Assembly (NCBI GenBank): GCA_040754655.1
Contig: JBFMCE010000110.1
Span: 1 to 10,510 of the forward strand
Direction: 5' to 3'
DNA length: 10,510 nt
DNA from: Bdellovibrionota bacterium
GTDB lineage: Bacteria; Bdellovibrionota; UBA1018; UBA923
Both the position numbers and the translations under genes were made by a program. The notes beneath the pieces are model-generated. The model saw only the letters and a program-made list of their open reading frames with translations, was not told the origin of the DNA and did no database searches. Positions 1-6,793 of the stretch are shown here, piece after piece; the stretch's first letter is position 1, and every line of letters starts with the position of its first letter.

Positions 1-267
1 CGCATGCATGAGAATATAGCTTTTCACCCTTGGATAGAGACTGGAATAGAACGAGAGCGCTGCAAGCATCGACATCATGCCGGCCGCCAACACACCCCAA
101 AAGCGTTCAGACGGCATTGGGATTTCTTCAAAGGTCTTGAAGACCCTGGGACCTATGTTGATCAAATAGAAAAATTCCTCGGGCATGAAGAAAAAGAACA
201 ACCCGCCCACGCTATAGACGAAGGTGAATATCCGCATGACCCAAATAAATTGTTGAGCTGGTTGCAT
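1..267 (-). CDS. Hypothetical integral membrane protein (partial, runs off the window start)
   Basis: Manually translated, not in the ORF track: ATG at 267 with GAGGG upstream and an in-frame TGA just before it. MQPAQQFIWVMRIFTFVYSVGGLFFFFMPEEFFYLINIGPRVFKTFEEIPMPSERFWGVLAAGMMSMLAALSFYSSLYPRVKSYILMHA..., open to position 1, with two hydrophobic segments. Co-oriented, 43 nt downstream of the kinase-like gene. Confidence 0.75.
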   Translation of the reverse strand, partial: MQPAQQFIWVMRIFTFVYSVGGLFFFFMPEEFFYLINIGPRVFKTFEEIPMPSERFWGVLAAGMMSMLAALSFYSSLYPRVKSYILMHA

Positions 268-310
268 AAAGGGTCGCCCTCAAAAGCCCTGATCTCGATG
301 TCACTATACA

Positions 311-805
311 TTAGAGCACACCATATGCCCGCAAAATTTCAGAAATCGAATGACGGTCCGATTCAAAACTTCTTTTTCCGCGAAAGACTTCAGGGGCGGC
401 GAAAAGCGGGGTCGCCTCAAACCCTTCAAGGTCGAGAGTCCAATCAACGTAAGCGACAGTGATTGCGCCGCTTTGATCGCGGTCGATGAGGATGTTTGAC
501 GGAGAAAGATCTCCGTGGATAAAACCTTCTTCTCGCCAGAGCGGGGTTTGCAGAAAAAGCATTTCTCGAAGATCGGCCCAATCTTGAGGCGCAAGTTCTT
601 GCGAAACTTCCGAGAGCGGCGATCCTTTGACGAGCGCTTGCGCAATTCTGATTCGACCATCGACAAACCCGTACTCAATGAGCCTCGGTACGTGGCTGGG
701 AGGCCTCTGTTTGATTCTTTCCAACCTTTTTGAAACACGTCGCAAGGCGTTTTGAGGAAAACGCCTGTAAGTGACGAGCTCATGGCGATGAGTGGGGACG
801 CTCAT
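311..805 (-). CDS. Small Ser/Thr protein kinase-like protein (truncated Hanks-type fold, possibly a pseudokinase)
   Basis: Catalytic loop HGDLSPSNILI, DFG-equivalent DWT, P+1/APE segment ATPLFAAPE, subdomain IX-like SDRHSISEIL and subdomain IV/V-like HVPRLIEYG...AQALVKGSPL. No Gly-rich loop. The start overlaps the end of cpaF by 26 nt. Confidence 0.75.
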   Translation of the reverse strand: MSVPTHRHELVTYRRFPQNALRRVSKRLERIKQRPPSHVPRLIEYGFVDGRIRIAQALVKGSPLSEVSQELAPQDWADLREMLFLQTPLWREEGFIHGDLSPSNILIDRDQSGAITVAYVDWTLDLEGFEATPLFAAPEVFRGKRSFESDRHSISEILRAYGVL

Positions 806-2216
806 AAATGACGCTCACTTCTGTTTTGCTGATCAGGCAGATCCGAGAGACATACCGAGAACCATTTGAGTTTTTTCGATCCACTTGCACGATCAAATCA
901 ATACTGGAACGAATCCATTCTTGGATCGAAGCCGTGGTGAGGTTCGCCGAGCCGAGAAGCGCAAGCAGCTCGAGACGTTGCAATGCTTGTTCCGGCGAGT
1001 TGGCGTGAACCGTCGTGAGGCTGCCCGGGTGACCCGTGTTCAATGCCTGCAGCATCTCTAGAACCTCGGCGCCGCGGCACTCGCCCATGATGATGCGGTC
1101 GGGCCGCATGCGAAGAGAGCATTGCACAAGTTGCCTGAGAGTGACTTCTCCGATTCCTTCGGCGCTTGGTTTTCTGGATTGCAGTTGAATCAAATTTTGC
1201 AAGGGAGGTTTCAGTTCAAGAGTGTCTTCGATGGTAATGATGCGTTCTTCAGGACTGAAATAAGCGCAGAGAAAATTCAAGAGACTCGTCTTGCCAGTGC
1301 TCGTTCCTCCCGAGATCACGATGTTTTTTTTCTGAGCGACGGCGTTCTTTAAAATTCGAAGCGAATTTTCATCAAGCCAACCGCTCGTAAGGGCTTGGTC
1401 TTCGGTTCGAGGCGCTGATCCGAACCTTCGAATCGTGACTGAGATCTCGCGTGCTGTTAAAGGAGGAAGCACGGCGTGCAGACGCGCGCCGTTTTCAAGA
1501 GTGGCCTCGCAAATCGGATGTTGAAGATCAAGCCGTCGTCCGACCCGATTTGCGGTTCGCGCGATCCAAGCCTCATAGGTTTGCCGGGTGAAGAATCGAA
1601 GTTCGGTTTTTTGAAGCCCTTTGCCTTGGTCGACGTAAATCGAGTCATGCGCATTGATGAGGATTTCCTTGCAAGCCTCTTGGTCGAGCAGTTTGCGAAT
1701 AGGCCCATCGCCGTGAAACTCGTGGTAGACCGTATCAAGAATGCCTTGTTTCTCTTCTGAAGAGAGATTCTTTGCCTTTCGATTGAGCTCACTGTCAATT
1801 TGTTGAAAGGCGCGCAAGGGATCTTGGTTCACCAGGCGTCCATAGTGAAGCCCGATGCTAGAGAGCAGCTGCTCATGAGAATCGCCTTTTGAATCTTCTG
1901 ATGCCCAATGCCAATTCAGGGAAAATGGCCCTAAGCCGAGCGGGTCTTGAGAAGGCCATGCGACGAGCGTTTCAGAAGGGAGGCGGTCAGGGTTTTGGCC
2001 CAAGTAAGACCCATTTCGACTGTTGAGATCGAGATAAGATACGACCTTGTCCTCAACCAAAAGACGCCCGTGTAGTTTTGAGATCGTAGGAAACTGAAGC
2101 GGAATATCGCAGTTTCTGGCAGACCCAATCAGGTAGCTCCCCAGCCCAAGCGTCAAGAATTTTGACTCAGCACGAGGGGCTTCGATCTTAAGAACGATCA
2201 ATCCAAGATTCTCCAT
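780..2216 (-). CDS. cpaF: Tad/Flp pilus assembly ATPase CpaF/TadA with N-terminal FHA domain
   Basis: Walker A GGTSTGKTS, Asp box TIEDTLEL, LRMRPDRIIMGECRG, His box NTGHPGSLTTVHANS and the GARLHAVLPP motif. The N-terminus has an FHA pattern (IGSARNCDI...ISKLH...DLNSRNGS). Lies directly downstream of a CpaC secretin. Confidence 0.93.
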   Translation of the reverse strand: MENLGLIVLKIEAPRAESKFLTLGLGSYLIGSARNCDIPLQFPTISKLHGRLLVEDKVVSYLDLNSRNGSYLGQNPDRLPSETLVAWPSQDPLGLGPFSLNWHWASEDSKGDSHEQLLSSIGLHYGRLVNQDPLRAFQQIDSELNRKAKNLSSEEKQGILDTVYHEFHGDGPIRKLLDQEACKEILINAHDSIYVDQGKGLQKTELRFFTRQTYEAWIARTANRVGRRLDLQHPICEATLENGARLHAVLPPLTAREISVTIRRFGSAPRTEDQALTSGWLDENSLRILKNAVAQKKNIVISGGTSTGKTSLLNFLCAYFSPEERIITIEDTLELKPPLQNLIQLQSRKPSAEGIGEVTLRQLVQCSLRMRPDRIIMGECRGAEVLEMLQALNTGHPGSLTTVHANSPEQALQRLELLALLGSANLTTASIQEWIRSSIDLIVQVDRKNSNGSRYVSRICLISKTEVSVIYERPHSSP

Positions 2217-3589
2217 TTCTTATCAAATTCAATTCCGTAATGTGACTTCAAGGGCAGCTCAGCCTGAGGTGCGCGAAGTTCGGGCAGAAGCGCCACCAAG
2301 AGCTCGCTCTCGTGGTCTCGAAACCTTCGTGACTTGAAAAGCTCACCGATCAAAGGAATGTCCCCTAGCAGCGGAAGCTTATCGACGTCCTTTGATGCGC
2401 TTGCTTGAAACAGCCCCGTTAAAAGCAAGGGCACTCCTTCTATCGCATCCACTTCGGTCGACATTCGACTGCTGCGCAAGCCGGGTACGCCGTCGACGGA
2501 AGTCGCTTCGTCTAGATGGCTAGACTCGGTGTCGATTTTGGTTCTGACATGCTTTCCGGCGATTCCCACGACGTGGATCTTGATCTTCAACCCGTAGTGG
2601 CGCCAAATGACCTTATTCTCAAAGTGACCGGTGATGCGTATCGGAATCTCGCCACCCGCGGAAAGTTCGGCGTGCGATCCGTTTTTCACTGCGATCGAGG
2701 GCTCGGCCAAGACTTTGGCCTGTCCGCGTGACGATAAATGACTCAAGCTGGCCGTCCAACTTGGGTTGAAAAGAAACTGCTGAGGCGCAAGCACGATGCT
2801 TTTTGAAAGCGAACTCGGCCAAGAAAGACCCAACGCCACGTGAGCCTCGCGAGAGAGTTCCAAAATAAAAATGCGCACGAAAACAGTAGGATCGATCTTA
2901 ATCGGAATCGCCACGTGGTTTTCGATGTTTGGCAAAACAGCTTGGGCGACTTCATAGGCTTGTTCAACTTCGGTCGGGCTTCCCACCGAGCCTTCGAGAA
3001 AAAAGCGGTTGCCGGCATGGGTCACCTTTACGCCCGCTAAGTTTCTCTGCGCGAGCGCTGCGTGTACTTGCTCAATCAGGCTCTCTTTGATGCCTGAGGC
3101 TGGAAGTGCGAGTACAAGGAGGTTCTTCGGGAAGTTTTTAAGGTGCAAAAGCACCCTCTGGTAGGCGGCTCGCCCCAAGATTTCGCCCTGAACAAGCGTC
3201 TTATCGCCAAGCGCGCTAATTCGAACTCCGGGCAGCTGGTTGAGTTCTGAAAGGGTGTGGCTCCATGAAGAGGAAGCACTTGAGTGATTGCCTGGCCTCA
3301 CCACGACGTTGACATTGATTTTCTGGCCCTGTGTTTCAAGTTCTAAGACGGCGTTACCAGGTGTTTTACCTACAAGAAGTACTCCTTCAGGTGTTTGATG
3401 AGCCTGTGCGATGCGTTCAGGGGTAACACGGGCGGATTGAGCCACTACTCCTTCTATAGGGTATCTTTGGCCTTGTCTCAGGTAGAGTGTCGGCATCTCC
3501 TTTGGTTTTTCTCGGTCGGAAGCAGAACCCTCAAAATAGGGAGCCGTTAAAATCAGAAAGAAAAGAAAGTATGCTGGATTGATCTTCAC
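2198..3589 (-). CDS. cpaC: Tad pilus secretin CpaC/RcpA family (signal peptide, pilus-secretin N domain, BON-like domain, secretin domain)
   Basis: GTG start with hydrophobic signal peptide; VLLVGKTPG N-domain motif; BON-like segment FFLEGSVGSPTEVEQA; AKVLAEPSI...AGGEIPI and C-terminal KLPLLGDIPLIGELFKSRRFRDHESELLV secretin signature. Overlaps the cpaF start. Confidence 0.9.
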   Translation of the reverse strand: MKINPAYFLFFLILTAPYFEGSASDREKPKEMPTLYLRQGQRYPIEGVVAQSARVTPERIAQAHQTPEGVLLVGKTPGNAVLELETQGQKINVNVVVRPGNHSSASSSWSHTLSELNQLPGVRISALGDKTLVQGEILGRAAYQRVLLHLKNFPKNLLVLALPASGIKESLIEQVHAALAQRNLAGVKVTHAGNRFFLEGSVGSPTEVEQAYEVAQAVLPNIENHVAIPIKIDPTVFVRIFILELSREAHVALGLSWPSSLSKSIVLAPQQFLFNPSWTASLSHLSSRGQAKVLAEPSIAVKNGSHAELSAGGEIPIRITGHFENKVIWRHYGLKIKIHVVGIAGKHVRTKIDTESSHLDEATSVDGVPGLRSSRMSTEVDAIEGVPLLLTGLFQASASKDVDKLPLLGDIPLIGELFKSRRFRDHESELLVALLPELRAPQAELPLKSHYGIEFDKKWRILD

Positions 3590-3601
3590 GAGAGCGGCTT
3601 T

Positions 3602-3617
3602 AGCAAGCCGTGGGCCA
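3602..3617 (-). promoter_or_regulatory. Putative sigma54 (-24/-12) promoter of the cpaC-cpaF-kinase operon
   Basis: Minus strand reads TGGCCCACGGCTTGCT, i.e. GG-N10-GC close to the TGGCAC-N5-TTGC consensus, 12 nt upstream of the cpaC GTG. Confidence 0.6.
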
Positions 3618-3655
3618 CCTCAGGCTCGCGACCCTACTTCTGCCACGGGTTCTCA

Positions 3656-3685
3656 TTGACAGTGCTTGGTAGCGTAAAGTAAGGT
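3656..3685 (+). promoter_or_regulatory. Putative sigma70 promoter for the small basic ORF and metK
   Basis: TTGACA (3656-3661), 18-nt spacer, TAAGGT (3680-3685). Confidence 0.55.
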
Positions 3686-3714
3686 AATTTCCTTATTTGA
3701 GGAGAGAAGTTTTT

Positions 3715-3843
3715 ATGCCATCACGTAAAGGAAGAACCAATCTGCAGCGTAAGATTCGAAAGGCGCGAAAAGGTGCCAAACGCAAGAAAATGGCCCGAAA
3801 TAAGGGCACGACTCCAAAGTTTCCAGTCCATCTCAATTCGTAA
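3715..3843 (+). CDS. 42-aa Lys/Arg-rich small protein of unknown function
   Basis: Manually translated, not in the ORF track: [50 protein letters not shown] at 3699-3704, promoter upstream, stop 28 nt before the metK ATG. Confidence 0.75.
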   Translation: MPSRKGRTNLQRKIRKARKGAKRKKMARNKGTTPKFPVHLNS

Positions 3844-3871
3844 TCTATTTCAATACATCAAAGGAGAGAGA

Positions 3872-5038
3872 ATGAAAGGCAGCTACCTCTTTACCAGTGA
3901 ATCCGTCACGGAAGGACATCCTGATAAGATATGCGACAAGATTTCCGATGCGGTACTGGATGCGTATCTCGCACAAGACCCCAAGGCCAGAGTAGCCGTG
4001 GAAAGTTTGTCCGCAACAGGCTTGATCGTAGTCGCTGGCCAAGTGACGGCTACTGGAAACCCTGTTGATCTTCAAGAGGTGGTTCGTCAGCAAATCAAAG
4101 AGATTGGCTATGATTCTTCTGACAAGGGTTTTGATTACAAGACCTGTGCTGTTCTTTCTCAGCTTGATAAGCAGTCTCCTGATATCTCGCAAGGTGTGAC
4201 CGAAGGGGAAGGGCTCTTTAAAGAGCAAGGCGCGGGTGATCAAGGCTTGATGTTCGGTTATGCCGTGGATGAAACGGCAGAGCATATGCCTTTGAGCATT
4301 GATCTGGCGCATAAGCTTGCGCTGAGGCTTACAGAAGCTCGAAAAAATGGGACATTGGGTTTTTTACGTCCTGACGGTAAGACTCAAGTGACCGTTGAGT
4401 ATGAGAATGACCGTCCAAAACGCCTAGATGCTGTTGTGATCTCGAGCCAGCATGCAGATCAAGTGACTTATGAGCAAATCAAAGAGTCGATCGTCGAAGA
4501 AGTCGTCAAAAAGACGATTTCGAAAGATCTGATCGATTCTAAAACCAAGTTTTTCATCAATCCGACCGGACGCTTCGTTACCGGTGGCCCAATGGGCGAC
4601 ACTGGTTTGACGGGTCGAAAGATCATTGTAGATACCTACGGCGGACATGGCGCTCACGGCGGCGGTGCCTTCAGTGGAAAAGATCCTACAAAGGTTGACC
4701 GATCTGCTTGCTATATGGCCAGGTACGCTGCAAAGAACATTGTGGCTGCGGGTTTGGCTCGTAGGTGCCTTGTTCAGGTCGCTTATGCAATTGGCGTGGC
4801 TGATCCTGTTTCTTTGATGGTTCAAACCTATGGAACAGAGACTGTGCCTGTTTCAAAGATTGAGATGGCGGTACGCGAGACCTTTAACTTCAAGCCTGCC
4901 GGCATCATCTCGACCTTAAACTTACTCAGGCCTATTTATAATAAAACTGCTGCATACGGACATTTTGGCCGGCGCGAAAAAGACTTTACTTGGGAAGCCA
5001 TCGATAAAGCTACTCAGCTGAAATCATTGGCGACTTGA
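3872..5038 (+). CDS. metK: S-adenosylmethionine synthetase (methionine adenosyltransferase)
   Basis: [52 protein letters not shown] and TAAYGHFGR motifs. Start placed at ATG 3872 after SD AAGGAG rather than at 3773. Confidence 0.98.
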   Translation: MKGSYLFTSESVTEGHPDKICDKISDAVLDAYLAQDPKARVAVESLSATGLIVVAGQVTATGNPVDLQEVVRQQIKEIGYDSSDKGFDYKTCAVLSQLDKQSPDISQGVTEGEGLFKEQGAGDQGLMFGYAVDETAEHMPLSIDLAHKLALRLTEARKNGTLGFLRPDGKTQVTVEYENDRPKRLDAVVISSQHADQVTYEQIKESIVEEVVKKTISKDLIDSKTKFFINPTGRFVTGGPMGDTGLTGRKIIVDTYGGHGAHGGGAFSGKDPTKVDRSACYMARYAAKNIVAAGLARRCLVQVAYAIGVADPVSLMVQTYGTETVPVSKIEMAVRETFNFKPAGIISTLNLLRPIYNKTAAYGHFGRREKDFTWEAIDKATQLKSLAT

Positions 5039-5049
5039 TCGTTCACTTC

Positions 5050-5096
5050 TTTTGCTCCCCCGAGCGCTACTTGAAATAGCGATCGGGGGAGCAAAA
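5050..5096. terminator. Long inverted repeat after metK (possible atypical terminator or 3' stabilising stem-loop)
   Basis: TTTTGCTCCCCCGA-G-CGCTA / loop CTTGAAA / TAGCG-A-TCGGGGGAGCAAAA: 19 bp with one mismatch, 11 nt after the metK stop. No U-tract follows it on either strand. Confidence 0.55.
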
Positions 5097-5159
5097 AAAC
5101 ACCCTTACATTCATAGGTTTTTCTGCTGACCTTCGTATTTCGATTTATACTGAGATACG

Positions 5160-5402
5160 ATGCTTTATTTTTTACTCTTCCTCATCCGTTATTTCCCGTT
5201 TTGGGCGATACCTGTCGCTTTGGTCATTTTTGAAATCGGTGTTTATTATTACAACCGCCGCCAACGGTTTGCTTTTGTTCTTTTTTTTGGAGCCGCAGCG
5301 ACATTGACCCTCACTTCAATCGCTTGGCTGGTGTTTGAGGGGTACTGGCGCGCGGGTCCAATTGTTAAAAAATTCTTTGATTCTTTCACGACTGATTTAT
5401 GA
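5160..5402 (+). CDS. Small hypothetical membrane protein (80 aa, about 2 TM helices)
   Basis: ATG start; hydrophobic stretches separated by the basic loop YYYNRRQR; fills the intergenic space; TATACT -10-like hexamer at 5146-5151. Confidence 0.75.
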   Translation: MLYFLLFLIRYFPFWAIPVALVIFEIGVYYYNRRQRFAFVLFFGAAATLTLTSIAWLVFEGYWRAGPIVKKFFDSFTTDL

Positions 5403-5460
5403 AACGGGTTCGATATTTAGCGCGAAATCTTCAAGGGTAACTTTTGCCGTCGTTGGTAAA

Positions 5461-5488
5461 TTGACACGGCTCTAAATCCTGTTAGCAT
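5461..5488 (+). promoter_or_regulatory. Putative sigma70 promoter of the sigma54 activator gene
   Basis: TTGACA (5461-5466), 16-nt spacer, TAGCAT (5483-5488) with extended -10 TG at 5480-5481. Confidence 0.55.
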
Positions 5489-5589
5489 TTTGAGTAGAGC
5501 GGGCGTTTGATCTGCCACAATGTGCTGGTGTCTTGAATGTTTTTAGTTGTGAGTGGTGCAAGACAGATCTTCTAGGACGGAGGACTGAA

Positions 5590-6756
5590 GTGGGGGCCAA
5601 GGAAATAAATGAAGGGCGATCGGGGATAAATTTAAACGACATGACGGAGTTGGCCAAACCGCAGACGGATGTTGCGGATAGCGTACAAGGAAGCAACGCA
5701 TTTGGCGGGATCATTGGGAGAAGCCCAGCGATCCACAAAGTCTTTGAAGCTATTCGAAAAGTCGCGGATACCGACAGCACTGTATTGATCTCAGGCGAAA
5801 GCGGCACAGGAAAAGAGCTGGTTGCGCGCGCCATCCATTGTTTTTCTTCACGAGTAAAAGGCCCGTTGGTTCCCGTGAACTGCGGAGCCATTCCTTCCGA
5901 GCTTCTTGAAAGCGAGCTTTTCGGACATGTGAAAGGGGCGTTCACTGGCGCGATTTCGAATCGACAGGGACGTTTTGAGTTGGCGCAAGGTGGAAGCATC
6001 TTCCTTGATGAAATTGGCGATATGCCGGCGATGCTTCAGGTAAAGCTTCTGCGCGTTCTTCAAGAGCGCACTTTTGAGCCCGTAGGTTCGACCAAGTCCA
6101 TTCCTGCCGATGTGCGTATCATCGCCGCGACCAATAAAGATCTGGAAGTAGCCGTCAAAGACAAGTCGTTTCGGGAAGACCTGTATTATCGGCTCAATGT
6201 GATTCCGATTCACATTCCGGCGTTGCGCGAACGTAAAAGCGATGTGCCCTTCTTGATTGAGCACTTCGCGGCGCGATTCAACCTCGAGAAGAAGCGCTCA
6301 GTGCAGTTTAATAATACGGAAGTGGTCGACCTTCTTTTGCGTTACGACTGGCCTGGTAACGTACGCGAGCTTGAAAACTTGGTTGAGCGGTTGGTGGTAT
6401 TTTGCGGCGATGGGCAAGTTGAGCTCAAGGATCTTCCTTCAAAGATATTTGAGCGCGTGGAGCTGTCTCAAAGTCAGCCAGGCGCGCAAGGCAAGTTCGG
6501 GTTTGCGACCCATGTGATGGCCCAGATGGCGGCAGGAGATTTGAGCTTGGCGGACGGCGTGCACTTCCCGCGTTTCGTGATACCCGATGACGGCATCGAT
6601 CTGCGCGAGATCATCAATACCTTTGAGAACGACCTCCTCATGCAAGCTCTTTCAAGAACCAAGGGAAATAAGAATAAGGCCAGCGAGCTTCTCAAGATGA
6701 ACCGCACTACCCTGGTTGAGAAGTTGAAGAAAAAAAATCTCCAGTTCGAAGTATGA
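5590..6756 (+). CDS. Sigma54-dependent enhancer-binding protein (AAA+ plus Fis-type HTH), FleQ/FlrA-like, no N-terminal receiver domain
   Basis: Walker [24 protein letters not shown], Walker [29 protein letters not shown] and HTH ending [11 protein letters not shown]. Start chosen at GTG 5590 after SD GGAGGA (5579-5584); alternatives are ATG 5641 and TTG 5533. Confidence 0.93.
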   Translation: MGAKEINEGRSGINLNDMTELAKPQTDVADSVQGSNAFGGIIGRSPAIHKVFEAIRKVADTDSTVLISGESGTGKELVARAIHCFSSRVKGPLVPVNCGAIPSELLESELFGHVKGAFTGAISNRQGRFELAQGGSIFLDEIGDMPAMLQVKLLRVLQERTFEPVGSTKSIPADVRIIAATNKDLEVAVKDKSFREDLYYRLNVIPIHIPALRERKSDVPFLIEHFAARFNLEKKRSVQFNNTEVVDLLLRYDWPGNVRELENLVERLVVFCGDGQVELKDLPSKIFERVELSQSQPGAQGKFGFATHVMAQMAAGDLSLADGVHFPRFVIPDDGIDLREIINTFENDLLMQALSRTKGNKNKASELLKMNRTTLVEKLKKKNLQFEV

Positions 6757-6793
6757 TGAGCGATCGGACCTCAAAGATTTTGATCATGAGAGG

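Noticed and set aside
4..783. ORFs 4..462 (+), 304..783 (-) and 515..733 (+)
   Set aside because: They are antisense or alternate-frame shadows of the kinase-like and membrane protein genes and have no motifs.
3773..3871. 33-aa N-terminal extension of MetK in the ORF track
   Set aside because: MetK homology starts at [15 protein letters not shown] 3872 has a strong SD, and the extension overlaps the better-supported 42-aa ORF in another frame.
3686..3871. SAM riboswitch or Met-rich attenuator upstream of metK
   Set aside because: No recognisable SAM riboswitch motif or terminator/antiterminator; the space is filled by an ORF with only two Met codons. An Rfam scan would settle it.
6757..6793. 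Terminator between the convergent activator and mlaD genes
   Set aside because: Only a weak 5-bp AT-rich stem (TCAAA/TTTGA) with no convincing U-tract.
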